The notes: generated from the sequence alone by a model not told the origin. A stretch of DNA of 64,000 nt from Cetorhinus maximus (GCF_964194155.1 NC_135900.1:26784001-26848000), one strand, 5' to 3'; positions 34,274 to 48,500 are shown, counted from the stretch's first letter. Translations and numbers: made by a program.

Positions 34274-37200
34274 GTCACAGAATCTTTACAGTGCAGGAGG
34301 CCATTCGGCCCATTGAATCTGCACTGATTCCCTGAAAGAGCATTCTACCTAGTCCCACTCCCCTGCCTTATCCCCATAACCTTGCACTTCCTTTCTTTTC
34401 AGATAGCAATCCAATTCCCTTTTGAATACTTCAATCAAACCTGCCTCCACCACCCTCTCAGGAGTTCGTTCCAGACTCCAACCATCCTCTAGGTGAAAAC
34501 ATTATTCCTCACATCACTTTTATTCCTTGTGCCAATTATTTTGAATCTGTGCCCTCTAGTTCTTGATGCTCTCTTGAGTGAGGATAGTTTTGCACCATTT
34601 ATCCTGTCCATCCCCCTCAGGATCTTGAATATCTCTATCAAGTGTCCTTTCAACCTTCTTTTCTTCAAAGAAAACAGTCCCAACCTCTCCAATCTATACT
34701 CATAGCTAGTTCTTCATTCCTGAAATCATTCTTGTGAATCTCCTCTGTAATCCCTCCAGCGCCTTCACATCCTTCCTCAAGTATGGTGCCCAGAACTTGA
34801 CACAGCACTCCAGATGAGGCCTAATTAGTGTCTTATGCAAGTTCAATATGGCCTCCTTACTCTTGTATTCAATGCACCTATTAATAAAGCCTAAAATACC
34901 ATATGCTTTATTAACTGCTCTCTCAACCTGCCTTGCCAACGTCAATGACTATACACATATACACCAAGGTCCCTGTTCCTGCACCTCCTTTAGAGTTTCT
35001 CCCTTTATTTTATACTGTCTCTCCATATTCTTCCTGCCAAAAAGAATCACTTCACACTTCTCTGCATTGAACTTCATCTATGACTTGTCTGCCCAATCCA
35101 CAATTCTCCAGTCCTCTGGCACCACCCCTGTGTCTGAGGAAGACTGGAAGATTATCACTAGTACCTCTGCAATTTCCACTCACTTCCCTCAGTAATCTTG
35201 AATGCATCTCATCCATCCCTGGTACCTTATCAATTTTCAGTAAAGATAGCCTTTCTAAACACCACCTCCTTCTCAATTGTAAATTCTTCTAGTGTACCGG
35301 TTACCTCCTCTCTCACCTCAGCTTGGGTAGCATCTTCTTCCTTTGTAAAGACAGATGCAAAGTACTTGTTTAACACCTCCGCTATTTCTCCTGCCTCCAC
35401 ATGCAAGTTCCTTTTTTATCCCTAATCGGCCCCACTCTTTCTTTTACCACCCTTTTATGTTAGCTGTCAGTCTCTTTTCATGCTCTCCCCTTGCTTCTCA
35501 TTAGTTTTCCACTTCCCCTCCGGTCCTTCTGTATTTAGTCTGATTTTCTATAGTATTTTCTACCTGACATTTATTGCTCGCGCACTTCTTTCTTTCCATC
35601 TTCACCACTACCTATCTCGTAATTCAGAACGCTCTGGATTTATTTGTCCCACCTTTCCCACTTCGGGGGAATGTACCTTGACATTGCCTATAATACCTTT
35701 TCTTTGTAGGTGGTCCATTGTTCAGCCACCATCTTTTCTGTCAACATTTGATTTCAACTCGCTTGTCGCTTGACTCAGATGCATTCACATCGAAGTTGGC
35801 TTTCCCCAATTAACTATCCCTGCTCTGGATTGTTCCTTGTCCTTTACCATGGCCAACCAAAGCCTTATGATACAATGGTCACTGTCCCCTAAATGCCCTC
35901 CCACTGATATTTGACTCTCTTGGGTCAACTCATTCCCCAGAACCCGGTCCGAAAGTGCCTGCCCCCTCATTGGACTGAAAACATATTGCTGCAGAAAATT
36001 ATCTTGAATACATTCCAGGAACTCTTGCCCCTCTTGTCCCTTTGCACTATTCCTATCCCTATACGTTTGGATAATTGAAGTCCCCCATTATAATTACTGT
36101 ATAATTTTTGCACCTAATTTCTTTGCAAATTTGTTTCTCTACATCCCTTCCACTGGTTGGTGGTCTATATACTACACCGATCAATGCTATTGCACCTTTT
36201 TCATCCCTGACCTCTAGCTAGAGATTCCATCCTTGACCCCTCTGGAACACTTAGATTGGTGGGGGATGGGAACCTGAGGGGAAATTCAGAGTGGAGAGGA
36301 GAAAAACTGGCAGTGGGAAGATTAAACTGATAAGGAGAATATTCTCTCCAGTACTGTAATGCTATCTTTAATCAATACTGCCATTCCCCCACCCCTCACC
36401 TTGTTCTTTCCTGTCTCTCCTAAACACTTTGTATCCAGGAATATTTAATGCCCAGTCCTGTCCTCCTTTGAGCCAGCTCACTGTTATAGCAATAATATAA
36501 TTCCATTTGTCAACCTGTGCCTGTAGTTCACCAATCTTATTAACCATACTCTGTGCATTCACGTACGTGGACATAACCATGATTTAGGCTTTACTTTCTC
36601 CCTTACTCTGACCCCATCTAATCATATACTATTGCCTTTTTGTAATTCTATCAAACTCACCAAGTATTCTATTAACCTTGATACTACTCTGAAATATCCA
36701 CCTTATCAGTTAATACTTCCCTACTTCCCACTATGTTTTTCTCCTCTCCACTCAATTTCCCCTCAGGTTCCCATCCCCCACCAATCTAGTTTAAACCCTT
36801 CCAAACAGCACTAGCAAACCTCCCCAAAAGGACATTAGCTCCAGTCCTGTTAAGGTGTAACCAGTTCTTCTTGTAGAAGTCCCACCAGCCCCAGAACCGG
36901 ACCCAATGCCTCAGAAATCTAGATCCCTCTCTCCTACTCCATTTCTCCAGCCACAAGTTGAACTGCTCAATCTTCCTTTCTAATGCTCACTAGCATGTGG
37001 CACTGGGGTAATCTGGAGATCACTGCTCGAGCTCCTGCTTTTTAATTCCCTTCCTAACTCCCTAAAATCAAATGTCAGGGCCTCATCCCTTTTCCCTACC
37101 TTTGTCATTGGTCCCAATGTGGACCACGTCTGGCTGTTCACCCTACCCCGAAGGAATCTCATGTAGCCACTCTGTGACATTCTTGACCCTGGTACCAGGG

Positions 37201-37760
37201 AGGCAACATACCATCCTGAAGTCACATCTAAGGCTGCAGAAATGCATGTCTGCTCCCCTAGCTATGGAATCCCCTGCTACTATAGCTCTTCCACTCTTCT
37301 TCCTCCCTTCCTGTGCAGCTGAGCCACCTGTGGTGCTACGACCTTGGCTCTTGTTACAGTCCTCCGAGAAACCATCTCGTTCACCAGTATCCAAAATGGA
37401 AGAGGCCAGGGAGCGAGATAACCTCAGGGAATTTCTGCAATACCTGCCTTTTTCCCTTAGCTACTCTGCTGGTCACCCATTCCCCCTCTGTCTGTGTACA
37501 TCTTAGCTGCGGTGTGACCACCTCTCTACATGTGCTATCCACATAATCCTCACCCTAGCAGATGCATCACAGTGACTCCAGCTGCTGCTCAAGTTCCACA
37601 ACCTGGAGCTCAAGTTTCTGCAGCTGGTGACACTTCCTGCAGATGTAGTCACTGAAGGCACTTTGTGCCTGTGTGACTTCCGACATCCCACAGGATGCAC
37701 ATTCCACATGGCTGAGCTGCACTGATATATGTTAAACTTTATCTAAAGTGTTTACTACAG
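34274..37760 (-). mobile_element. CR1 LINE with ORF1 and internally deleted ORF2
   Basis: ORF1 CRKC zinc-finger-like region and AIVAGDSI/CLPGTRVK esterase; ORF2 endonuclease NAQSMVNKIGEL, HLGDSDH; C-terminal LYKTLIRPHLE-like and RTRGH motifs; CR1 3' end at ~34274. Confidence 0.88.
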
Positions 37761-38519
37761 TATGGTATAACAACTCAACTGTCACTCACCAATCGTCTCT
37801 TCTGCACCAAGTCTGGAAAGGCCTGTACTTACCAACTAATCAACTTACGGGACTCCTGTGATGTAACTTTTGGATTTTATCTGTAAATTTCTGGCTCTCT
37901 CTCTTCGTTCCTTTAAGCTCCCAGACCTCTCCAGTTAATTATCAGTTACTGATTAACCTACTCCTTCTCCTGCACTGAAGTGGAAGTCAAATGCTGGAGG
38001 CTGACAAAGAGTAGGAGCACCTCCTTCACTCCACCCCCCTCCCATTACTGAACTCCCAACTCAGCAAGCTCTACCTCTTGCAATAAACCTTAAAGGACCT
38101 CTTTTCCCCCATGCACCGAATTCCCAAGTACTCACTCTGTCTCCCTTACTGACTATGCCCCTTAATGACCATGCAGTTTAAAAAGCCCTCTCTTAAACAG
38201 AGAGACTCTGATGAGTCACCAGCTGACTTAGCTTTCTGCAACAGTAATTAACATTAATTAAACCAAGTGTTTTCAACTGATTGACAGATAACTGCCAGGC
38301 CAGACTGGCCCCTGTTCAACAAGGCAATTTAACTTATTTGAATGTTAGTTACTCCTACTTTTAGGCCAGGGTCTGACTCGTAATCTAAAATGAAACCTGA
38401 GAAAGACTTATCAGTTGAATTCCCACTTTGAATCAAATTCCCAAGTACTCACTCTGTCTTCGTCTCGCTCAGGCATAGTCTTCCTTACTGACCGCACCAC
38501 TTACTGTCAGTTGAAGTGC

Positions 38520-38700
38520 TTTAAGATTTCAAATTTCTCATCCTGCAATTCAGATCTCTTGCCCCTTCTATCTCTGTAACCTCCTCTACCCCACAAACCT
38601 CCTAGGTCTATATGTTCCTCCAATTCTGGCCTCTTTCACTCATCCGATTTTTATCACTCCAACATTGGCAGCTGTGCCTTTGGCTGCCTAAGCCCCTAAG
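38520..38700 (+). mobile_element. L2-like LINE 3' fragment
   Basis: FKFLIL..P.YLCNLL..SSNSG..IGSCAF pattern typical of L2 ORF2 ends. Confidence 0.5.
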
Positions 38701-39316
38701 AAAAAGTGGTATTTCACAATTGGCTGCCTAGCATAAGAAAAACAAGTTATGATTTAATACCTTTTAAAATAGACAAATATAAATGGTGAACTGCTCAGAT
38801 TTTATTCAAAGGGATGGCTTACATGCAATTGAACAAAAATGTTTTTACAGAATAGGACGTCAACCTATGAACGCTCAAATAATTACAAGAGAGGTATTGT
38901 ATTAGAAAAAAGGATAAGACGACAATCCTTCATTGAATCCATGCCTGATCTAAAATTGCTTTCTCCCAGTTTAGCATCAAATTTCAATTTAAAGCCTAAA
39001 GAGAAGTTTTAAACAATCTAATTTCAAACCAAAAAAGTCAGACAAAAAACGTTGCAGGATTCTGAGTCTGGATTGATGCCCATTCCAATTTATATTTAAA
39101 AACTATTTGCCCAAGAGCGCCCTCAAGTCCCCTCAAAGAAAAACTATACAAATTGACTATAATTACTCAAAATTATCTACATCATACAATGAATATAAAT
39201 ATGATCCATCAAGAACAAAATCAGACAATAAATCAGCAAGTCTATACACAAAGTGCACCCCTTCATTAAATTTCAGTTAGACATATTAACATCCTTTTCT
39301 TCAATAATCCTCATGA

Positions 39317-39523
39317 TTACTTTTTGTTAAGTGATTGCAGGATTTGAAGGATATGCAAGAATAGATTAATGATATCCAAGTACAAATTAATTGAAGCCAG
39401 TACATATTCTTCAGGTGAAAGTTTGTGCATCAGTATGTGTGTGTCATAGATGATAAAGCCACAGAAGAGGAGCGCTCCCGCACATGCAAATACAAGCTCC
39501 ACTGTATCGCTCAAGAAGAACAG
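39317..39523 (-). CDS. TMBIM4: TMBIM4 exon 7 (last coding exon)
   Basis: Acceptor ttgctttag|; [68 protein letters not shown]; total CDS 705 nt = 234 aa; candidate AATAAA on minus at 38806-38801. Confidence 0.96.
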   Translation of the reverse strand: MFFLSDTVELVFACAGALLFCGFIIYDTHILMHKLSPEEYVLASINLYLDIINLFLHILQILQSLNKK

Positions 39524-40321
39524 CTAAAGCAAATTAAGAGACAAACGCATTAGTAATCTTTTTATGGTTGATATCATATGAAAAGTGTGAAGCATTTGTC
39601 TACAAAATTATGCTATTAGTATTCTTTCCTTGTAAATTGTACATAGTTAAAACCAGGCCTGTCATTACTTACATTTTTTCTACATTAAAGACACTATGTA
39701 AAAGTTCCAAGGTATACAGAAACAGACCCAGCTTTTTTTGAATATCCCCAGTACAGAAACATTGAGGCATATCTCTGACAGGCACCCTGACATCAAGTGA
39801 TGTTCCAGCACCAAGTTATACAAATAGGTCAAAGATTGTTTGAGTCCAATCACTGCAAATCAGGACTAAATATAATCCAACTGGAGAGTGCAGATAATCA
39901 ATCACACTTTATATTGCCCCTTATCAATATTAAAAATCAATCTCCAAGCACCATTGACTATGGTATGTCAATGTATTTTTCCTTCCTTACTTGTCCAGAC
40001 AATGCACTGGGTTATTTTCACCAGAGGAATCCGAACCAGTTATGACTTCTGTCAGTGCTTTAATACTGTTAGATACACCAGAGTATAGCCTTGCAGCAGG
40101 ACCTTGAAGCTGGTCCCAATGAGTGCTAGCAAAGAATATGTAAATCTCATAAAAAGCAAGAAAGGATTTATAAGGCGCTGGTTAAACAATTGAAAACATC
40201 CAACTGATTCGCTTATATGAACTAATGTCTCTAGCCACACATTTGTAATAAAATCCACATTAAAAATTATTACGATTTAGAGCAACTAATTTAGTTACAA
40301 TTTAAACCAACCAATACTTAC

Positions 40322-40367
40322 TCTTAACAACCCAGCCAGGATCAAAATCCACAGACATGCAAAGAGA
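40322..40367 (-). CDS. TMBIM4: TMBIM4 exon 6
   Basis: ag|...(G)LFACLWILILAGLLR|gtaagt; 46 nt, phase-consistent. Confidence 0.93.
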
Positions 40368-41613
40368 CTAAAGACAAGACAAAATAAAAATATTGGCATT
40401 TAGTCTCATAATCCTGTGTCGATTACATGTAGACATGTACTCTAATCATAAATTCTATTTGGCAACTCAGGCTAAGTTTCATCATAGGACTATGGAAAGT
40501 GTTTTTGATATGGCACATAGGTAATGCCCATGTTTTATAGTGAGCGTTTGGTAAAACCCCTATAAGTTATAGGAGTATACAAACCATTTATTAACAGTAC
40601 ATGAAATCATGAAGGTGCAATTTTGCATTTTTGTAAAAGGAAGTGTTACTCTCAGATTAAATGTATCAAATCATTTCAATTTGTAGCAAATTTGGCTTCT
40701 GAATTGAATCTGGAATTACTGTTATAAAATCTCACACTGTGCTACATGACACGTTTCCAATTTGGTAATTACAAAGAGGTATTTACTAGGACTGAAACTG
40801 CTTTTGTCCATTTAACATATTTTAATAGTCTAATGGTAGTGTTCATGAATACTCTAGCACTCCATCCAACAACACCCAATGGCTCTTTAACAATAACCCT
40901 CATCAATGCAAGTAGTTACACAATAGTATAAATCAACATGACTACTATAGTCAAGACCTCCATAATGTTTACCTGTAATGTACTAATAAACAGAAACTTA
41001 TGTTGTAAACATAAATAGGGGCATAAAATTTGGCACTCTTCACTTCTCCTTCTGAAAGTTGTAATTTATGAAACAATTCCTTTGGCACATGAAGCACTTC
41101 AGTACTTTATCCAAGATGCAAGTCTGAGCGAATTTTGGCAGGATGTGCAACTGCAAGGCAGCATAGATGACTCTAAGTCTGTCCTGAACCAACGTCCACT
41201 TTCACAGTACATATACTGTTTCTGCACTTTGTGCAGGGCTGTTAATTAAAATAATTAAAGCTAGTTTATTGTTGTAACCATGATTAGCTGGCACCTAAAA
41301 CCTTAAAGCTCCTATCATTAGAGTCAATCGTGTGAACTGAAGTGCCATAAAGTGAACAGAAGCAAGCCAAATGGAAATTTCTGAACTCAAGCCAAATCAC
41401 AGGAGTAGGTGTAAGAGTAGGCTAGAGAACAAATGTCTTCAGGTCACAATGGAACAGATTACTGTGGTTAATTATTCCCAGTTATATAAAAAGCAAGTTA
41501 TCTGAAAATTTCATCTGGAAAAAGAATGCAGGCTACCATAAGATCCTAAAATAAAAAAGGGCATTATGCCGAACTTCTAAAATATATCCAAGTCTTTTTT
41601 CCAGTGCACATAC

Positions 41614-41731
41614 CCTGCTCCATATTTACTGAAGTCTCTCTTTGACTGAAACGTGTAGACAGTCAATGCAACGAATACAGCTGTTGTAAGAATGAACGCT
41701 TGCAGAACCACTGAATAGTCATAAAAGGTGA
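41614..41731 (-). CDS. TMBIM4: TMBIM4 exon 5
   Basis: [40 protein letters not shown]; 118 nt, ttttag| and |gtatgt. Confidence 0.95.
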
Positions 41732-42854
41732 CTAAAATAAAAAAAAGTATTTAAAATATGGTTATCACAGAACTTCAAGGCAGATACTACACAATATCTC
41801 TGAAGCAACACTTGATTTACTGCAGTATCCTACAGAAGTTATCCCACAGGATTAAGCACAAATTGATTGATTAAGACAAAAAATTCCATACAGGTGAACA
41901 AAAGGTACAGTGGAACTCTCGGATTTCAACTTGTGAAATTAAAAGTTATGCTGCTTTCCTATGAGCTACTATGGAACATAACCAGGTCATGTCGCATAGC
42001 ATTCTCAAATAAAGTAACCTAACAGAGTGTCAACAAGAGCTAATTAAATTTTGCTAAGGAATGTCAGATGACTATTGGTGAATCTGAATATCAATACAAT
42101 CTTAGCTATTTTGGTCAGCCAGAGGTCTAACATATATATAAATCCATTATGATGTGTAACAGTCTCCAATTCAAGTTATTGGAAAAACTACACTCATCCA
42201 CAAGTGTTTGGTTTACCTAAAATACTGTATACACTTTCTCTCCCCCTAATTTCCCTGTATCCATAGAACCAGGTGCAGGTTGGAAGAGGTTAGACTTAGA
42301 AATTCCCAAATGTGCACAGGGTTACATGGAATTTAACAAGCTAAAACTACAATTTAGCAAAGTAGAGCACTGTTAACCATGTTGTTGCTTGTCTGGCTAG
42401 GATTACCTGATCCACTGGGGTTCTCTGGCACTATTGCAGGAAAAATTTAAGTTCCATGCTGACGGATTCTGTTGATCCATTATATCAGAGTATTGTGACT
42501 CTGTTTGATTCAGATTGTTACTAAGATTACCACTGAGGATTAATTTGGTTACCAAATATATTGTCTTGGAATCATACTAATACCAAGGATCACCACAACC
42601 ACCTCCCATCCAAGGAATTATAAACCAGGAAAATTAAAGAAAATTTCACTCAATGATATTTTCATATCAAACTTTCCCTGATCATATTTTAGTAGCAAAA
42701 CAATCAAAGATGTCATATGAATATTCATGTCAACAATGGTGGCAGTTTTACTATTTCAAACAAAGTACCCATTACTTGAAAAAATCCATGTGACTTAAAT
42801 CAAAATGTTACATCTTCCTGCAAGCAAGAGCTAAAATTGAGAAAAAGCCCTTAC

Positions 42855-42888
42855 CAGCAGCAGCCACAGCCGAAGCTTCCAGCAGGGT
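42855..42888 (-). CDS. TMBIM4: TMBIM4 exon 4
   Basis: ctacag|TLLEASAVAAA|gtaagg; 34 nt. Confidence 0.92.
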
Positions 42889-43559
42889 CTGTAGAGAAAA
42901 CATTTACTATACGTTTAAAAACACACATGCAGCTACAGTTTGCAACTCTCCACTTAAAAAACTGAGACAGAAATGTCTGTATAAAAATCAAAACCAGAAT
43001 GTGATAGTTCTGTATATTTATGCAATTTGTAATCATCTTCTTGAATTCTCTGACCGAAGGCAGGTCCGATCTACAGCACCACGACCTCCATCACAGGTAG
43101 GGCAAGGAGGCAGGTCCTAAATTTACCCCAGCCAGAAAGGGGAAGGATGCCTATGCTATTGGCGCCAATCTGATCCACAACAGCAGGCCAGCCAATTGAG
43201 TGAACCAGTCCTCCCAAGGCGTCCAAATTACTGTGGCAACATATACTTTTACATGTTGTATCCTGGAGTTATGGATAGTGATGGTAGAAGCTCCAACTTT
43301 CTTTCCATCTTAAGAGCAGACCAGGAATCTCTCCCGCTCTGTAGTGGGATTTGAACCCGGAGGAACGCTACCCACTGTGCCATAAGATCTCCCACAGTTC
43401 ATAATAGTAAACATTAAAAATGGAACCCATCTTTCCACACCTGACAGTTGTCAGTCCTGGCAGTTGATGAGTACTGCGCAACTGAACTAGGTTCAAGTGC
43501 TGTAGCTGAAATTAGATTTATATCAGCTACAAACAACATCACACTTGGAAAGCCTGGCA

Positions 43560-43662
43560 GTTTCTCTACTTCTTTCTCCACAAATGCTGCCAGATCTGTT
43601 GAGATTTTCCAGCATTTTCTGTTTTAATTTCAGATTTCCAGCATCCATGGTATTTTGCTTTT
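43560..43662 (+). repeat. Solo Penelope-pLTR-derived short repeat
   Basis: CTCCACAAATGCTGCCAGATCTGTTGAG..TTCCAGCATTTTCTGTTTT..CAGATTTCCAGCATC matches the pLTR at 14820-14887; similar pieces at 20-65, 48935-48960 and 61410-61480. Confidence 0.7.
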
Positions 43663-44560
43663 ATATAACTTGGAAAGTCAGTTCATCTCTTACCAGACTT
43701 GGTAATAACTGGTTTAAAATGGCTATTTTAAACTTAAAAGGATGGATTCCAAATGCTATTGTTAAAGTATTATGTTAATTCATTACCTTGCTGTGCCATT
43801 TGGATTATGTAGATCAATTAACTTGTAAATGCATATGACTGTCACTTGTTAAGATATTACATTTATTCAGCAATAGGAGAATGTGGTGAGCTTCCCTTGT
43901 GATCTTCAGTGAATTATACACTTCAATTCAGGGGCAATTTCTAAACCCAGACTGGTAAATCTACAAGGATGCCAGTTTCAGTTCATAGGAGACTCAATCT
44001 GCTTCCAGAAATTACTTTTAGCCTTGAAGAAGAATGTATTGGAGAAATAGTCTGAACAGTCAACAGTACTAAAAAAAAATGCAAAATCATTACATAAATT
44101 CGTCAACATTTGAAGTTTAGTGTAATGCTAACTTGAACATTACCATAAACTCCTATATTGTAATTCAAATCTGAGAAACAACAAAACCTCAACATAATTC
44201 TCATAGTTCACTGATTTTATGAATGGAAGCCAGGACTTGCATGTTTTCAAATATATGTAAATTGCTTAATCTTATTTATAAGAACAAGATTCCAGTTTTC
44301 CATGAGTATTAAAAATATTTACAGAAATTAAACAAGGAGCATCTGCGTATTCAATGATTCTATGGGAGCATGTTTTGCTAGTGTTTTGCCAGGTTTCTAA
44401 ATTAAGCATTACACAATTGAATCTCACAATAAGAGAAATTGGCTAGACAAACTTTACTTTCGTATGGGTCCAGGCATTTGATAACAACAGCTTAACTTGG
44501 CGACATGGAGTTAGAAAGTCAGTATATGATCTCAATTCAATTATTTTGTTGAGTACTTAC

Positions 44561-44666
44561 AAAAGCAAACAGGAGATACAGATTAACGGGATGCTGATGT
44601 CTGTAGATTGCCAGAGCAATTATTAGACCCAGGGATCCTAAACATGCTACCAATAGCAATGCGGGA
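44561..44666 (-). CDS. TMBIM4: TMBIM4 exon 3
   Basis: [36 protein letters not shown]; 106 nt, ttctag| and |gtaagt. Confidence 0.95.
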
Positions 44667-44950
44667 CTAGAATAGGAACAAGCAATAAATTAGAAGTGCA
44701 CATATAACAAAAAAAAGTATGCCTGCTTTTAATAAATTTGAAATCAGTTTATTATACAGTGGCAGTCTGCATTAGAAGAACAATTGCAATCAATTTCAAT
44801 TTTAGAACTGGAATTGAGTTGGCTTAAATTACTGTCTCTGGAACGGTCACATCAGATATCACCTTGGTCAAAACAAAGACAAAATAATTCTGGGAAAATA
44901 TTCCCTAATCCATTAGTATGTAATTTATATTATGTAACTATAGGAGTTAC

Positions 44951-45059
44951 CTTCCATGAACAACATCCTTGACTGTATCACTATACATGAACACTGCAGA
45001 CGTCACAGTAGTAAGAATAATCTGGACAGACAAAATGCTGTACACCTTCCGCAGAAACC
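44951..45059 (-). CDS. TMBIM4: TMBIM4 exon 2
   Basis: [36 protein letters not shown]; 109 nt, gacag| and |gtaact. Confidence 0.95.
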
Positions 45060-45278
45060 CTGTCACAAGGAAAGAACTGACATTAAGCAGATAACATCTA
45101 GAAGCAACACAAGCATTATACATCTGGTGAATACTTGTTAATCTCACCAAACCACAATAGTGTTTTCACCCTTTGTCCTTGTCATTAGGGGTTAACCATT
45201 CTACATCTTCCACACACCTCTTCCACCTGCAGCTGATATTTGAACTATCACTCCCATGCCACCTTCCAGAATGTTTGG

Positions 45279-45419
45279 GGAGGTATCAGCTGTGGCTCAG
45301 TTCATAGCACCCTCGCCTTTGAATCAGAGGGTTGTGGGTTCATGTCCCACTCCCGGAAAACCAAGAACTGTGATTGTACTCGAAAGAAGTTGCAATCTCT
45401 GTTGGTAACTCGAAAGAGT
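45279..45419 (+). mobile_element. tRNA-derived SINE head flanked by a 15-bp direct repeat
   Basis: A-box-like TGGCTCAGT and B-box-like GGTTCATGTCC; TTCCAGAATGTTTGG at 45264-45278 and 45420-45434. Confidence 0.65.
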
Positions 45420-45859
45420 TTCCAGAATGTTTGGTGATTCACAAAGAATTGCCTTGCGATCCACAACCAGTCACAAGACCCATGACATCCGAACACTTAT
45501 AGCTCATAGGTTGTGATTCCTACTTCCTCAACCAGTCTTACCCCACCTAGTCACATATTTCACCGTATAACCTGAAGTTGTGTAGCCCTCATCACACCTT
45601 GGCCTTGTGAAGTGCCATAGGATTTTTAAAAAATATACGCTACAGAAGCAGTTGAAATGTATTTCTAATAGCAAGACTTTAAATATAACCGAGGGTCCCT
45701 GTAATACCCACGTGCAATAGATCTATTCATTACTTGAAAAACTATAGATTCCCACCTTCAGACAGAGAATAAGTGATTGTGCTATGATTTTTAGGGATGT
45801 TCTTTACGATTCTGTAGTACAGGATCTGAAACCTGGAGCAGTCAAGGGTTTCATCAGCC

Positions 45860-48500
45860 CTCCACATCCCCCTTCCTGATCTCTCCCTGCCACTTTCCTG
45901 CTCGCCATCTCCCCCTCCCCAACTTGCACTTTCCCCCTCCCACTACCCCCTTTCTCCTCCCCATATCTCCACCCTATCAGCCCCTGCTCCCTCTCCCCTT
46001 ACGCCACCCTGTCCCCACGCTCCCTCTCCCCTCACACCGCCCGGTCCTCACGCTCCCTCTCCCCTCACACCGGCCTGTCCCCACGATCCCTCTCTACTTA
46101 CACCACCCTGTCCCCACGCTCCCTCTCCCCTCACGCCGCCCTGTCCCCACACTCCCTCTCCCCTCGCGCAGCTTTACACCACCCTGTCTCCCTCTCAATC
46201 TCCCCTTACCTCGCCCTCTCATATCCCCCTGCCTACTTCCCCTCCCTTCCCCCCACTCTCCCCTCACCTTCCCACATCCCCTTGCCCTCCTTTCCCTCCC
46301 CCACACTCTCCCTGTCACCTTCCCTCTTCCCCCCCCATACTTTCCTCCTGTCACCTTCCCTCGTCCCCTCGCCATCTCCCCCTTTTTCCCACCCCGATCC
46401 CCTCCACCCCCTCTTCCCACCCTGATACCCTCCACCCCCCTCTTCCCACCCCCCCCTCTCCCACCCCACCCCCCTTTTCCCACCCCACCCCCTCTCCACC
46501 ACCCTCCTTTCCCCACCCCGCCCTCCTTTCCCCACCCCACACCCCCCTCCCTTTCCACTCCCACTCCCCCTTCCCACCCCACACCCCCCTCCCTTTTCCA
46601 ACCACCCTCCTTTCCCACCCCACACCCCCCTCCCTTTTCCAACCACCCTCCTTTCCCACCCCACACCCCCCTCCCTTTTCCACCCCCCCTCCACCCCACA
46701 CCCCCCTCCCTTTTCCACCCCCCCTCCACCCCACACCCCCCTCCCTTTTCCACCCCCCTTTCCCACCCCACACCCCCCTCCCTTTTCCACCCCCCTTTCC
46801 CACCCCCACACACTCACCCTCCTTTTCCCCCCCCCTCCACCCCCCTTTCCCACCCCACACCCCCCTCCCTTTTCCACCCCCCCTCCACCCCCCTTTCCCA
46901 CCCCACACCCCCCTCCCTTTTCCACCCCCCCCTCCACCCCCCTTTCCCACCCCACACCCCCCCTCCCTTTTCCACCCCACACCCCCCTCCCTTTCCCACC
47001 CCACACCCCCCTCCCTTTTCCACCCCACACCCCCCTCCCTTTCCACCCCACACCCCCCTCCCTTTCCACCCCACACCCCCCTCCCTTTCCACCCCACACC
47101 CCCCTCCCTTTCCACCCCACACCCCCCTCCCTTTCCACCCCACACCCCCCTCCCTTTCCCACCCCACACCCCCCTCCCTTTCCCACCCCACACCCCCCTC
47201 CCTTTCCCACCCCACACCCCCCCCCCTTTCCCACCCCCCCCACCCCCCTCCCACCCCACCCCACCCCCCCCTCCCTTTTCCACCCCCCTCCCCTCCCTTT
47301 TCACACCCCCTTTCCACCCCACACCCCCCTCCACCCCACACCCCCCTCCACCCCACACCCCCTCCCTTTCCACCCCACACGCCCCTCCTTTCCCTTTCCC
47401 ACTCCCCCTCCCACCCCACCCTCCTTTCCCACCCCACCCTCCTTTCCCACCCCACACCCCCCTCCCTTTCCCACCCCACCCTCCTTTCCCACCCCACACC
47501 CCCTCCCTCTTTCCCACCCCACCCCGCCTTTTCCCACCCCACACCCCCGGGGGCTCCCTCCTTCCCACCCCACCCCTTTCCACCCCCCCTCCACCCTCCC
47601 TTTCCCACCCCCCCTCCACCCTCCCTTTCCCACCCCCCCCTCCACCCTCCCTTTCCCACCCCCCCCTCCACCCTTTCCCACCCCCCCTCCACCCTCCCTT
47701 TCCCACCCCCCTCCACCCTCCCTTTCCCACCCCCCCTCTCCACCCCACACCCCCATCCCTTTTCCCACCCCCCCCTCCACCCCCCCTTTTTCCCACCCCC
47801 CCTTTTTCCCACCCCCCCCTCCACCCCCCCTTTTTCCCACCCCCCCCTCCACCCCCCCTTTTTCCCACCCCCCCCTCCACCCCCCCTTTTTCCCACCCCC
47901 CCTTTTTCCCACCTCCCCTCCACCCCCCCTTTTTCCCACCCCCCCTTTTTCCCACCTCCCCTCCACCCTTTTTCCACCCCCCCTTTTTCCCACCCCCCCT
48001 CCACCCCCCTTTTTCCCACCCCCCCTTTTTCCCACACCCCCCCTCCACCCCCCCTTTTTTCCCACCCCACCTTTCCCCACCCCCACCCCCCTTTCCCCAC
48101 CCCCACCCCCCTTTCCCCACCCCCACCCCCCTTTCCCCACCCCCACCCCCCTTTCCCCACCCCCACCCCCCTTTCCCCACCCCCCCCCTTTCCCCACCCC
48201 CACCCCCCTTTCCCCACCCCCTCCACCCCCCTTTCCCCACCCCCTCCACCCCCCTTTCCCCACCCCCTCCACCCCCCTTTCCCCACCCCCTGCACCCCCC
48301 TTTCCCCACCCCCTCCACCCCCCTTTCCCCACCCCCTCCACTTCCCATCTCTTCCTCCCCTGTCCTCAGCCCCTACCCCATCCTCCCCTCCGCCTCCTCC
48401 CCATCTACCCTCCCCCCCTTCGTCTCCCCCTCCCCCCCTTCGTCTCCCCCTCCCCCCCTTCGTCTCCCCCTCCCCCCCTTCGTCTCCCCACCCCGAGATC
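45860..48500. repeat. ~2.6-kb compound pyrimidine-rich (C-rich) tandem array in TMBIM4 intron 1
   Basis: Successive sub-arrays: ~33-bp CCCTGTCCCCACGCTCCCTCTCCCCTCAC.., ~24-bp TTTCCACCCCACACCCCCCTCCC, TTTCCCCACCCCCACCCCCC, and ~20-bp CTTCGTCTCCCCCTCCCCCC x4. Confidence 0.95.

Noticed and set aside
45285-45352. tRNA gene
   Set aside because: Has A/B boxes but no convincing cloverleaf or T-run terminator; better explained as a SINE head
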